A DNA stretch of 64,000 nucleotides from Patescibacteria group bacterium (GCA_028286885.1 JAQBQS010000010.1:19148-83147), one strand, 5' to 3'. Shown: positions 19,799 to 29,584, counted from the first letter of the stretch. Notes: a model not told the origin generated them from the letters alone. Numbers and translations: made by a program.

Positions 19799-21016
19799 AT
19801 GACAACCACCGACATCCTCCACGAAACATACGGCGCGCTGACTGCGAACAAGGTACGGTCGGGGCTGACCATGCTTGGCATCATCATTGGGATCAGTTCC
19901 GTGATCGCCATGACCGCAATCGGAAACGGCGCGAAACAATCGATTACGTCGAGCATCCAGTCGATCGGATCGAACCTGGTGATGGTAACGCCCGGGGCGC
20001 AGCGAAGTTTCGGCGGACCGCAGCAGGCGCGCGGTTCTGCGCAGACACTGACAGTGGAAGACGGCCAAGCGATTCAATCAAGCGTGTCGAACATTTCCGC
20101 CATCGCCTTTAACGTTTCTTCGCGCGGGCAGATCGTCGCCAAGGGAACAAATTCCAACTCGTCAATCACAGGAACAACGCCATCGTACCAGCAGGTGCGA
20201 AACGTAACCGTCGAAGACGGAAACTTTTTCACCGACGCACAAGTTTCGTCGAGTTCAAAAGTCGCCGTCATCGGTCCGACAACGGCATCGGATTTATTTG
20301 GAACAGACGAAGCTGTCGGCCAGTCCGTGCGCATCACAGGCAACGAATTCAAGATCATCGGTGTGACGAAATCAAAAGGTGGTACGGGATTCTCGAATTC
20401 GGACGACGCGGTCTACATTCCCTACACGACCGCACAGCATTACCTGACCGGAAACCAATACCTCTCCGAGGTCGACATCTCGGCAAGTTCTGCCGACACG
20501 ACGACGCAGGTCCAGGCGGACGTGACGGCGCTCCTGACTTCCCGGCATAACATCGCGGAAGGCGCGACCGCCGACTTCTCGATTCTAAATCAATCCGACA
20601 TCATCGCGACCGCATCCTCAGTTACAGGAACATTCACCGTCCTCCTTGCAGCCGTTGCGGGCATCTCGCTTCTCGTCGGAGGAATCGGCATCATGAACAT
20701 GATGCTCACGACCGTCACCGAGCGCACGCGCGAGATCGGCTTGCGAAAAGCCATCGGCGCCAAAAAATCCGACATCAATACCCAGTTTCTGATGGAGTCG
20801 ATCGCGCTCACGTTCACGGGCGGCGTGATCGGCGTGATACTGGGCTGGCTGATCGCGTTCATCGTGAATAAGTCGGGCGTCATTGCGACATCCGTCACCC
20901 TCTCGTCCGTCCTTCTCGCATTTGGCGTCTCGGCGCTGATCGGCATCGTGTTCGGATACTATCCGGCGCGGCGCGCGTCGAGCTTGAATCCGATTGACGC
21001 GTTGCGATTTGAATAA
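19799..21016 (+). CDS. MacB/FtsX-type ABC permease
   Basis: RSGLTMLGIIIGI, GGIGIMNMML.TVTERTREIGLRKAIGA, NPIDALRFE. Confidence 0.96.
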   Translation: MTTTDILHETYGALTANKVRSGLTMLGIIIGISSVIAMTAIGNGAKQSITSSIQSIGSNLVMVTPGAQRSFGGPQQARGSAQTLTVEDGQAIQSSVSNISAIAFNVSSRGQIVAKGTNSNSSITGTTPSYQQVRNVTVEDGNFFTDAQVSSSSKVAVIGPTTASDLFGTDEAVGQSVRITGNEFKIIGVTKSKGGTGFSNSDDAVYIPYTTAQHYLTGNQYLSEVDISASSADTTTQVQADVTALLTSRHNIAEGATADFSILNQSDIIATASSVTGTFTVLLAAVAGISLLVGGIGIMNMMLTTVTERTREIGLRKAIGAKKSDINTQFLMESIALTFTGGVIGVILGWLIAFIVNKSGVIATSVTLSSVLLAFGVSALIGIVFGYYPARRASSLNPIDALRFE

Positions 21017-21048
21017 ACTAAAAAACCTCCTTTGCGGGAGGTTTTGGT

Positions 21049-21219
21049 TTAAAGATTCGGCCCGATTCCTATTGGGCGTACTGATTCTGTATTCGCAGGA
21101 GGATACGGCCGATAGCTGCTCTCTGAAATATTGCAGGCAATTATGCAGAGAAATCCGGCGATTACGCATGCGAAGAGAAACCCGTATTTTTTAAAAAATC
21201 CTTTTGCCATGGCATCCAT
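21049..21219 (-). CDS. small membrane-anchored hypothetical protein
   Basis: KKYGFLFACVIAGFLCIIAC hydrophobic stretch; start uncertain. Confidence 0.4.
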   Translation of the reverse strand: MDAMAKGFFKKYGFLFACVIAGFLCIIACNISESSYRPYPPANTESVRPIGIGPNL

Positions 21220-21630
21220 ATATTTGATTTTAATGTTAGAAAATCTGAATTCTTGGCAAGAATACTCCGGATCAAACATATAATCAAGAAAAAACTCCTT
21301 TTCATTTTTCGTGAAAAGGAGTTTTGGTTTCCCGTTACAGGGAAACAAGGTCTGTGTTTGGTATCGCGACATATGGCTTCTGATGCCGTTTTACCTGTGC
21401 ATTTTTAACATTCTGTCTGTTTGGCGGCGATTCATTTTTCTGTGCGCCTTTGTAAACAAGATTGGAGCAGAAACAGAACGCTGCAATAAATACGAAGTCG
21501 AGTGGACGAAGTCTGAACATGCTGTTGATTGGGATTTATCGGGTTTTAAAAAAGAAATTGGGGTCAATCGTAGCATTTAATTTGCAAGTTGGCAAGAAAA
21601 ACCGCATCTCCGAAGAAATGCGGTTTGATT

Positions 21631-22146
21631 TTAGATTGTTTGGAAAAATAAAGTGAAATACGTCTGTAAAACTCCAAATGATTTTGAAGCAAGAGCGACA
21701 CGTCCGATGAATAACATATGGACAAGATCGGGAGATATTCTGTGGTTTTCTTTAACATTTGGAAGATCTTTTATCTCATTGCATTCTTCATCGTTTAGTT
21801 CCCATTCAAATACCACTCTGTCTCCAACTTCCCATTTTGCTGCCTGGATTCCAGAACGTTCATTTCCCGTTTTCAGTGATTCAAACATGAACTGCTTCAT
21901 CTCTTCATCGGGGCCTTGTCCAGGAGAATAGCGAAATATTCCTATTTGACAGGAATCAATTATTTCCTCCTTGCGATAAACCTTAACTTCAGCCCCTTCC
22001 TTCAAGTTTGGTGCGCCAAGAGTCTCGAAATAGAGAGCATTGTCGTAACTCGATTTTTTTCGGTCAATAGTAATAGCGAAAAACTTTTTCTTACCTTTCC
22101 TGACAACGATCATTGTGACTTCCTGAACTTTTAGGCTTGGTTCCAT
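21631..22146 (-). CDS. hypothetical protein (orphan)
   Basis: 171-aa AT-rich ORF, TTGACA at 22211-22206. Confidence 0.7.
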   Translation of the reverse strand: MEPSLKVQEVTMIVVRKGKKKFFAITIDRKKSSYDNALYFETLGAPNLKEGAEVKVYRKEEIIDSCQIGIFRYSPGQGPDEEMKQFMFESLKTGNERSGIQAAKWEVGDRVVFEWELNDEECNEIKDLPNVKENHRISPDLVHMLFIGRVALASKSFGVLQTYFTLFFQTI

Positions 22147-22214
22147 TTTTATTGATTTAATGATGTAAAATATTCTTACTAGACATTATCATATATAAAA
22201 AATATTGTCAAATT

Positions 22215-22241
22215 GCACCAAACCTGCCTGCATCCTCGTAT
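22215..22241 (+). promoter_or_regulatory. ECF-type promoter GCACC-N17-CGTAT
   Basis: GCACC 22215-22219, CGTAT 22237-22241. Confidence 0.75.
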
Positions 22242-22296
22242 AAAAAGACATACCACTCTAACGGTATTTTCATTTCACATTTCTATGATGCATTCA

Positions 22297-22782
22297 ATGA
22301 CAGACAAGCAGCGAACGACCGCGGTCGTGATCTCAGGAGTATTGGTCGCCATCGTATTCTTCGGAGCAGGATTCGCGATCGGTCACCACGCAAACGCGCG
22401 AGGAGGCGCGGGCGCGTACGGCCGTACGGGTATGGCAGCGGGAGGAGCCCGAGGAGGATTCGGAGCGGCAGGCGGAGCCGGATCAATGCGCATGCGCGCA
22501 GGAGGATTCGCTAATGGAACAATTTTGTCGATGACGGATACATCGATCACGGTTTCCTTGCAAAACGGTGGGTCTCAAACTATTTATTTCACAAACTCAA
22601 CACCTGTACTCAAAAGCGTTACGGGAACAACAACCGATTTGAAAGTCGGAGACATGATCACAGCAACCGGGACACCTGCAGCTGATGGATCAATCGCAGC
22701 CCAATCTGTTACGATCAGACCAGCGGGATCAATGCCGATGGGCGGCATGCCTTCACCTGCAGGAGGAAATCCCGTACAATAA
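22297..22782 (+). CDS. membrane-anchored Gly-rich DUF5666-like protein
   Basis: TM, Gly-rich linker, DLKVGDMITATGTPAADGSIAAQSVTI. Confidence 0.8.
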   Translation: MTDKQRTTAVVISGVLVAIVFFGAGFAIGHHANARGGAGAYGRTGMAAGGARGGFGAAGGAGSMRMRAGGFANGTILSMTDTSITVSLQNGGSQTIYFTNSTPVLKSVTGTTTDLKVGDMITATGTPAADGSIAAQSVTIRPAGSMPMGGMPSPAGGNPVQ

Positions 22783-22788
22783 TCGGGT

Positions 22789-23238
22789 ATGAAAAAATCA
22801 ACAATTGCTGCCCTTGTCATCGTTATTCTTGTCATCGTCGCTGTCGTGGTTGTCGCGGCAACGCGTTCGAAATCTTCGAACGCAGAACCGGTAACTGACA
22901 CGTCGGCACAGACAACAGACACGACAAGCGCATCGCACGAAACTATTAATCCGAATGCTTCGGGCGAAACAGCATCAACGCCTTCGTCCACTCCTGCGGC
23001 AAACACGTATACGATGGCGCAAGTTGCAACACACAAGGATGCAACGTCCTGCTGGACGACAATCAACGGAAATGTTTACGACGTTACGGCGTGGATCAAC
23101 CAGCATCCGGGAGGCCCGGGACGAATCTTGGCTCTCTGCGGAACAGACGGAAGCGCTGCGTTCAACGGACAGCATGGCGGACAGGCTCGGCCAGCATCCG
23201 AGCTCGCAAGCTTCAAGATTGGAGTTCTCGCAAAATAA
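22789..23238 (+). CDS. cytochrome b5-like heme-binding protein, membrane anchored
   Basis: YTMAQVATH...CWTTINGNVYDVT.W...HPGG...FNGQH. Confidence 0.93.
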   Translation: MKKSTIAALVIVILVIVAVVVVAATRSKSSNAEPVTDTSAQTTDTTSASHETINPNASGETASTPSSTPAANTYTMAQVATHKDATSCWTTINGNVYDVTAWINQHPGGPGRILALCGTDGSAAFNGQHGGQARPASELASFKIGVLAK

Positions 23239-23240
23239 TT

Positions 23241-23328
23241 TAAAAATCCTTCGGACATCTTTTCTTAGCGCATCTTCACTAGGCTTTAGCCTGTGAAGAA
23301 AGCGAGAAAAGATTCCGAAGGATTTTTA
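23241..23328. repeat. long imperfect inverted repeat (~88 nt), terminator-like
   Basis: TAAAAATCCTTCGGA...TCCGAAGGATTTTTA with nested stems. Confidence 0.8.
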
Positions 23329-23364
23329 GTTTGTAAACATTCTATCTAATGCTAAACTTGTTGT

Positions 23365-23844
23365 ATGATTATCCACGAGAAAACCGTCGTGTTCGAATGG
23401 GACGCGACCGAGGTCGAGCACCGTGAAAAAGGCAATGACTGGTACTGGGGCCTCGGCGTCGCAGTTCTCGTCGGAGTTATTCTTTCCATCATCGGCGGCA
23501 ATTATCTGCTCGCGGTCCTTTTGGGTCTTGGCGGCATTATGCTCGGACTTTACGGCAACGATCGACCCCATGCGGTCCATATCGAAATTTCGGAGCGCGG
23601 CGTTTCCTTGAACAAGAATCTCTACCTCTTCAAGGCCATGAAGTCATTCTGGATTTTCCGCGACAGGCGCGGGCGCGACCGGTTGATTCTTGTTACGGGA
23701 CGACCCGTCATGCCGACGCATATCCTGACCTTCGGCGAAGGAATCGATCCTGTCACCGTGCGACTGTTCCTCCTGAAGCACCTCGAAGAAAAAGAAACCA
23801 AGGAATCATTTGTTGACCTCTTGGCCGAGATGATCGGCATGTAA
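23365..23844 (+). CDS. conserved hypothetical membrane protein
   Basis: EW.A.E..HREK..DWYW, 2 TM segments, soluble tail. Confidence 0.85.
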   Translation: MIIHEKTVVFEWDATEVEHREKGNDWYWGLGVAVLVGVILSIIGGNYLLAVLLGLGGIMLGLYGNDRPHAVHIEISERGVSLNKNLYLFKAMKSFWIFRDRRGRDRLILVTGRPVMPTHILTFGEGIDPVTVRLFLLKHLEEKETKESFVDLLAEMIGM

Positions 23845-23888
23845 CCGTCTTGATAAAAGGCGGTTTTTGGTGTATGATCTCGTCCATC

Positions 23889-23963
23889 GGTCTCATAGTT
23901 CAACGGATAGAATTCCAGTTTGCGGTACTGGCGATCCAGGTTCGATTCCCGGTGAGGCCACCA
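23889..23963 (+). tRNA. tRNA-Arg(GCG)
   Basis: CCAGT-TTGCGGT-ACTGG anticodon arm; GGTCTCA/TGAGGCC acceptor; encoded CCA. Confidence 0.93.
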
Positions 23964-24118
23964 AGTGTAAATTCCTCGAATTTAACCAGCACTAACAAGA
24001 AAGCCCATATTATATAAGGGTATTTTTTGTACAACATAATTGGGAGATTAGGGGTAAAGGCTAGTAATAAGAGATACCAGATAAAACCTCGAACTTTTTA
24101 AGCCTTTAGAATATGGAG

Positions 24119-24378
24119 CTATTTTTCCTTAGGTCCAAGAACAAGCTTTCCATTTTCAAACGTCATTTCATAGTCATCTTCATTAAATTTTGTAGTCGTT
24201 TCGGGTCTTGAAATACCAAGTTTTTCATCTTCCTCAACTCTCAAAGCGATCCTCTTTACGAGCATTAAGTAGTTCCTGAAGTTCTCTTCGGCCTCCTGTA
24301 TCTCCTCCTCCGTCTTTCCTGCCATCAGTTCGCGGATAAAAGCTATTTCGTTTGATTCCTTGTTGTTTTTCATATGCA
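24119..24378 (-). CDS. hypothetical protein near tRNA
   Basis: acidic helical ORF; start uncertain, coordinates approximate. Confidence 0.5.
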
Positions 24379-24694
24379 TTCGGTATAACATCGAATGTTT
24401 GAAAAAGTAAAGGGCTAGGTTCGGGAAGCTCAGCACATGCCGAAAGCAGGCGATCTAGTAGTAACTTTAAATGTTCTTTTGATAGACATCCTCCAAGAAT
24501 TGGCGACGTATTTATTTCTGAGAAGACGAGCATGCCATACGGAATTTTCTTGTCGCTTTGGGCAATACCTTCATACGTTTTTCGATGGTCGCTCCGATGA
24601 TGTCCACCATCAAATTAAAATTCAGCGCATCGCTGAATTTTAATTTGGAATATTTTTAAAAATAAAAAAGCTCCGAATAATCGGAGCTTTTGGA

Positions 24695-25351
24695 TCAGGC
24701 CGGAACCCAATTGGCTTCGGCCGTCTTGTGAAGATCGTGGATCATCTGCCGCGATCGAAACAGGCGGGCTTTCACGGTGCCGAGCGGCAAGTCCATGAAT
24801 TCGGCGATTTCATCGTACGACATTTCGTTGAAATAGCGGAGAATCAGGATCTCGCCGGCATCCTTGCTCAGCCTTTCGACTTCGACAAGAAGGCGGCGAA
24901 TGTACTTGATGTTCTCTTCCTTCATCTGACTGTTGGCAAAAAGCTTTTCCGGGGTTTCGTTCGGATTGCTTGCGATGCTGGTATGATAGGTGCCTCCGCC
25001 GTCCTCGCGCTTTTCGCCTTCCTGCTTGATGCTGTAGATGACCGGAGCATGGTTGGCTTTTCTGATGGCGTCGATCGCATGATTGCCCGCAATGGTCGTC
25101 AGGAACGAACGGACGCTCTTTCCTTCTTCGAACGTCGTCTTGATCGCATTGCTGATTTTGAAAACGGCTTCGATGAACAGGTCTTCGATGACTTCGGTAT
25201 TCCTGTGCCCGTATTTCACAATGACGAATCTCATTTCATCCTGATGCCGGGCAATAAGAGTTTCAAGCGCCGCTTGGTCGTTGCCATCACGATACATCAA
25301 GACAAGTTCTCGGTCTTCATATTTCTTGTATTTTTTGTTTTTTTGGAACAT
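24695..25351 (-). CDS. ECF-type sigma factor (orphan)
   Basis: LRYFNEMSYDEIAEFMDLPLGTVKARLFRSR region 4; FLTTIAGNHAIDAIRK region 2. Confidence 0.9.
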   Translation of the reverse strand: MFQKNKKYKKYEDRELVLMYRDGNDQAALETLIARHQDEMRFVIVKYGHRNTEVIEDLFIEAVFKISNAIKTTFEEGKSVRSFLTTIAGNHAIDAIRKANHAPVIYSIKQEGEKREDGGGTYHTSIASNPNETPEKLFANSQMKEENIKYIRRLLVEVERLSKDAGEILILRYFNEMSYDEIAEFMDLPLGTVKARLFRSRQMIHDLHKTAEANWVPA

Positions 25352-25470
25352 AGGGTTAATTTGGAATTAATAATAGCTGAAAAATTCATTTTGTCAAGGA
25401 GGCGGGTATTTGACAAATAGATATATATCTGTATAGTATTTAAAATTAACTCATCCTTTAAAAACAAAAC

Positions 25471-26577
25471 ATGCAAACAGCCATCGCTTGTTATTCCCCG
25501 GAGGAGCTGGAAAAAATAGACCAGATCCTCTACCATCCCCTCGAATACCTTCTGGGCTCGAAAATTTTGGTCGCCTACCTGGACCGGGGCTTCAAAAAGC
25601 TCGGCTATGCCGAGGAAGGCCAGGCCATTCTGATCGGACACGTCGTCAAATTTCTTCAAGAACGCAACGGCGACGTAGCGACCCTCGAAAGATTCGATCG
25701 TTACAAATCGGAATACTCGGCGGGAATATTCAAAATGTTCCTCTCGCGAGGCATCAGCCTGCACAACGTCGAGCAGATTGTCGTGTCCAACGAAAAGCTC
25801 TACAACATCTCGACGAGCGGATACCAGCACAAGCCGAGCGACCGCGAATTTACGGACTCGAACGTCACGATGTCTTCCAACTACGATCAGTTCAAATTTC
25901 TGGGATTCAACCGCAAAACGAGCCGCAAGCACATCAACACGCTCAAAAAGCTCATCCAGAAATACGGAGTCATTTCGTATGCGGTCGTAGTGGAAACGGA
26001 CTGCATCACCGGGAAAATGGAAAAGTACATTGCCGACGGCCAGCATCGCTACACCGCTGAAAAAGAGCTTGGCATTCCCTTTTACTACACGGTTACTCGC
26101 GTAAAAACAAAAGAGGAGCTGGTAGAATTGATTGCCGCTCTTAACACGTCGCAGCGCAAGTGGAACATCGGACAATATTTGTACGCGTGGACGTCTCTCG
26201 AGATACCGGCCTACGAACGCCTCACTGAAAGGTACAAGATGACCAGGCTTCAGATGTCAGTCCTGATCGAAGCCTACATGGGCATCGACCGCAGGAGGGC
26301 TGCCCAGAATTTTGTAAGCGGAAAGTTTGATATTTATGACACCGAGAAAGCCGAGGCTCACATCCGCTATCTCGCCGAATTCCGCGATGAAAAACTCGCA
26401 CTCAGCTCACGATCATTCAACACGGCGCTTCTCGGATTCTTCAAGAAAGAAGGCGACGATTACGATCACGAGCTCATGAAGGCCAGGATGCGGGAAGTCA
26501 GAAACACCTACCAATTCTCGTTTGACGAATTGGAACTGGTGGATCAGCTTTCGGAGATCTACCGCATGGCGGCTTGA
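25471..26577 (+). CDS. ParB N-terminal-like (DGQHR) protein
   Basis: YIADGQHRY motif, LNTSQRKW. Confidence 0.75.
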   Translation: MQTAIACYSPEELEKIDQILYHPLEYLLGSKILVAYLDRGFKKLGYAEEGQAILIGHVVKFLQERNGDVATLERFDRYKSEYSAGIFKMFLSRGISLHNVEQIVVSNEKLYNISTSGYQHKPSDREFTDSNVTMSSNYDQFKFLGFNRKTSRKHINTLKKLIQKYGVISYAVVVETDCITGKMEKYIADGQHRYTAEKELGIPFYYTVTRVKTKEELVELIAALNTSQRKWNIGQYLYAWTSLEIPAYERLTERYKMTRLQMSVLIEAYMGIDRRRAAQNFVSGKFDIYDTEKAEAHIRYLAEFRDEKLALSSRSFNTALLGFFKKEGDDYDHELMKARMREVRNTYQFSFDELELVDQLSEIYRMAA

Positions 26578-26729
26578 TCAGCGAAAGAGTCCTATTTTAC
26601 AATCACCCGGCAATTGTCGGGTGCTTTTTTATGGACACATTTTGCAAAATCGCGCAATTGTCAGAATTCTTGAAAAGGAATATTCTGAAAGTGCGCAGCA
26701 GGTACACATAAGCTCTACGCACCCATTTT

Positions 26730-27590
26730 ATGAAAAAGAACCTTTTTAAATCAGGCTTGGCGGCCATTGCTGCCATAGCTCTTTCCGCTGTTTTTGCGAC
26801 TCATGCATTCGCGATGCAGCCGACCCTCTCGATTTCGAGCTATGACGGAACGACTATACAGATGAACGTTTACGGAGACTCCAACGCAGCCGTTACCCTT
26901 AATTATCAGACAACGTACGGCATGCACACCGCCGGCGTCATCGGATACACGAACGCAAGCGGAAGCTATTCGGCGACACTGTCGAACGGTTCCTATGGAA
27001 TCCCAAGCGGCCAGCAGGTTTACGTTCTCGTTAACGGACAGCAGTCGCAATATGCATCTTGGCCATACGCGTCAACATATCAGACGTATAGCACCTATAG
27101 CTACAACTCATATCCGTATCAAAATTATCAGAACTATAATAACTACTCGTACTCTTATTCCCAGCCGATCAGCCTGAGTTCGACCGTGAGCGCATTGTCG
27201 CAAGGGCAGTCCCAGTCGGTACAGGTCTACGGTTCAAATTCGCAATACGGATATTACGGAAATAATTCCTACGGAAATTACTACGTTTCATCCAATTCGA
27301 ATCCAAGCGCCGTATCGGCAAGCATCAGCGGAAGCACCCTCACGATCTACGGAACAGGTTCCGGAAGTTCGACCGTCACCGTCTGCTCGTCGAACGGATA
27401 CCAAGGAACGGGCACCGGATGCGCAACGATCGTCGTGAACGTAACAGGTTATTCTTATAATAATAACTATTACAACAATAATGCCAATTGCTGCTACGGA
27501 TACAACGGATCATACAACTCTCAGAATTGCTACACCTACCAGTACAACCAATATCCGTACAACTACCAGCAATATCCTTACTATTACTAA
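26730..27590 (+). CDS. secreted Tyr/Asn/Ser-rich protein
   Basis: signal peptide AFA|M, low-complexity Y/N/Q tracts. Confidence 0.85.
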   Translation: MKKNLFKSGLAAIAAIALSAVFATHAFAMQPTLSISSYDGTTIQMNVYGDSNAAVTLNYQTTYGMHTAGVIGYTNASGSYSATLSNGSYGIPSGQQVYVLVNGQQSQYASWPYASTYQTYSTYSYNSYPYQNYQNYNNYSYSYSQPISLSSTVSALSQGQSQSVQVYGSNSQYGYYGNNSYGNYYVSSNSNPSAVSASISGSTLTIYGTGSGSSTVTVCSSNGYQGTGTGCATIVVNVTGYSYNNNYYNNNANCCYGYNGSYNSQNCYTYQYNQYPYNYQQYPYYY

Positions 27591-27631
27591 ATAAAAAATG
27601 CCAAGGAAACCCTTGGCATTTTTTATTTAGT

Positions 27632-28327
27632 TTATTCTTGGACCATTGCGCCCGTGTCTTTTTTGATTCTCCAAACAAAAGGAATCCATGTCTTCTTATA
27701 TTTTTCTGTATCGTACTTTTTGCCAATAACAAAATCTCCCAAGAATGCCTTTTTGATTCCCTGCCCCACTGACCACAGGATCACAACACCGACCAAGATC
27801 AACAAAATATTTTTGAACGTGCCAATGCCGTCGAAGATCTGATCGATGCGGTTGGCGAAATAATGCCCCGCCCACATCAGCACCGAAACATAAATAGCCA
27901 GGGCGACCAAGTCGATGGCTGCGAATTTCTTGAAACTGACACGCTCGCGTCCCGCAAAAAAGGGGCCGATGAAACGCAACTGAACGAGAAAGCGCGAAAG
28001 GAAAATCAATTTGCCGATATGATGCGAAATGAAACGCGAATTCGGAGGAACGATTTTCGAGAAGAATTTATTGTAGACCCAGTTGATAATCTTGTTTCCG
28101 TGATAGGACAGCAAGTACATTCCGGTGTCGGATAAAAATGCGCCGATAATGACAACGGGAAGCGTGATCCAGAAATTGAGCGCGCCGGTGCCCGCCGCGT
28201 ATCCGATCGCAAGCATCACAATCTCCTCGGGCACCGGCACAACGACGTTTGCGAGAAACGCGATGCCGAAAATGCCGAGATACGACAGGCTGCTTACTTG
28301 GCGGATTATTTCGGCTGATTCCGACAT
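27632..28327 (-). CDS. DedA family membrane protein
   Basis: PVPEEIVML, LSRFLVQLRF. Confidence 0.9.
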   Translation of the reverse strand: MSESAEIIRQVSSLSYLGIFGIAFLANVVVPVPEEIVMLAIGYAAGTGALNFWITLPVVIIGAFLSDTGMYLLSYHGNKIINWVYNKFFSKIVPPNSRFISHHIGKLIFLSRFLVQLRFIGPFFAGRERVSFKKFAAIDLVALAIYVSVLMWAGHYFANRIDQIFDGIGTFKNILLILVGVVILWSVGQGIKKAFLGDFVIGKKYDTEKYKKTWIPFVWRIKKDTGAMVQE

Positions 28328-28347
28328 ACAATAGTGAGTTTAGTATA

Positions 28348-28635
28348 TCATGAAGCCGCCTTCAGAGCCCAATCTTTCAATGTCTTGTAATTAACCTCTC
28401 CGCAGAGATATTCCTTGCTTTTCGGGTCATAGAAAAAAGGCAGCCCGTCGCACTGAGGATCAGTTTTTTGGACCGAATTTTGGTAATTTTCCATTAAACG
28501 ATAGTCGGATTCTGATTTCCAGACATCCCGCTCGTCGAGGATAATCGCCGTTTCATATGCAAGTTTCGCGACAAGCGGCCGCATAACGTCGCAGTGCGGA
28601 CATTCGGTTCCCGTAAAAAAAAGGAGATTATTCAT
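28348..28635 (-). CDS. thioredoxin/glutaredoxin-like protein
   Basis: CPHC motif, GLPFF. Confidence 0.88.
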   Translation of the reverse strand: MNNLLFFTGTECPHCDVMRPLVAKLAYETAIILDERDVWKSESDYRLMENYQNSVQKTDPQCDGLPFFYDPKSKEYLCGEVNYKTLKDWALKAAS

Positions 28636-28660
28636 ATCGGATGATTATATCAAAAAACGG

Positions 28661-28927
28661 CTATTTAGCCGATGATTTTTTGACTGCTTTTGCAAGACGC
28701 GACTTCTTTCGTGAAGCTGCGTTTGGCTTGATGATCCCTCGCTTGGCCGCCTTGTCGATCGCCTGATAGGCCAGAGCGAGTTCCTTTCCGACAGCCTTTG
28801 CGTCTTTGACGACGACCGCTTTAGCGGCTTTGACCGTTTCTTTCATCGTTCGGCGGCGCTTGTCATTTAAGACCTTCTTGCGGTCCGAGACGCGCAGGGC
28901 CTTTTTTGCATTCTGTAGGTTTGGCAT
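28661..28927 (-). CDS. rpsT: 30S ribosomal protein S20
   Basis: NAKKALR...IDKAAKRGIIKPNAASRKKSRL. Confidence 0.96.
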   Translation of the reverse strand: MPNLQNAKKALRVSDRKKVLNDKRRRTMKETVKAAKAVVVKDAKAVGKELALAYQAIDKAAKRGIIKPNAASRKKSRLAKAVKKSSAK

Positions 28928-29003
28928 ATATGCGAGTATCTTAGCAGAAAGACGCTTTTTGTCAAGAAAACCGGCAGCCAAAGATTCTGATATAATGAGT
29001 CCC

Positions 29004-29564
29004 ATGATCGCACGCATCTCGGGAACCGTCATCGCAACAAGTGAAAAACATATGGTCGTCGAGACGGGCGGACTTGCCTATCGCGTGTTCGTCACAGCCG
29101 AAACGGCGGTGCGGAAATCCGTCGGCGACGAGGTGGTTCTTTGGACTGCGCATATTGTTCGAGAGGATTCTCAGGAACTCTATGGATTCGAAAATACCAG
29201 CGACCAAGATTTGTTTGAATTGCTGCTAGGAGTTTCCGGAATCGGGCCGAAGTCCGCCCTCGGCGTGATGAACGTCGCAACGATCGGAACCATTGCGCGT
29301 GCAGTCCAAAACAATGACGTGTCATACCTGACAAAGATCTCAGGTATCGGACGAAAAACAGCCGAGAAGATCCTGATCGAACTTCGCGATAAATTGCCTG
29401 ACATTCATTACGAAGGATCCGAAACAGCAGGCGATGCGCTCGATGCGCTCATCGCACTCGGTTACACGGATTCCGCTTCGCGCGATATTCTGCGAACCAT
29501 CAGCGCAGAACTCGATACGCAGGCAAGGATTCGAGAAGCTTTGCGACTGCTCAATGGAAAATAA
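29004..29564 (+). CDS. ruvA: Holliday junction branch migration protein RuvA
   Basis: MIARISG, VREDSQELYGF, VSGIGPKSAL, GIGRKTAEKI. Confidence 0.97.
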   Translation: MIARISGTVIATSEKHMVVETGGLAYRVFVTAETAVRKSVGDEVVLWTAHIVREDSQELYGFENTSDQDLFELLLGVSGIGPKSALGVMNVATIGTIARAVQNNDVSYLTKISGIGRKTAEKILIELRDKLPDIHYEGSETAGDALDALIALGYTDSASRDILRTISAELDTQARIREALRLLNGK

Positions 29565-29584
29565 AAAATCCCTTCGGGGATTTT

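Noticed and set aside
21222-21600. Gene(s) between the 21049 and 21631 ORFs
   Set aside because: Several short overlapping frames; cannot choose between a small gene and a pseudogene
23964-24690. Prophage or integrative element at tRNA-Arg
   Set aside because: No integrase and no duplicated tRNA 3' end found; at most a decayed remnant
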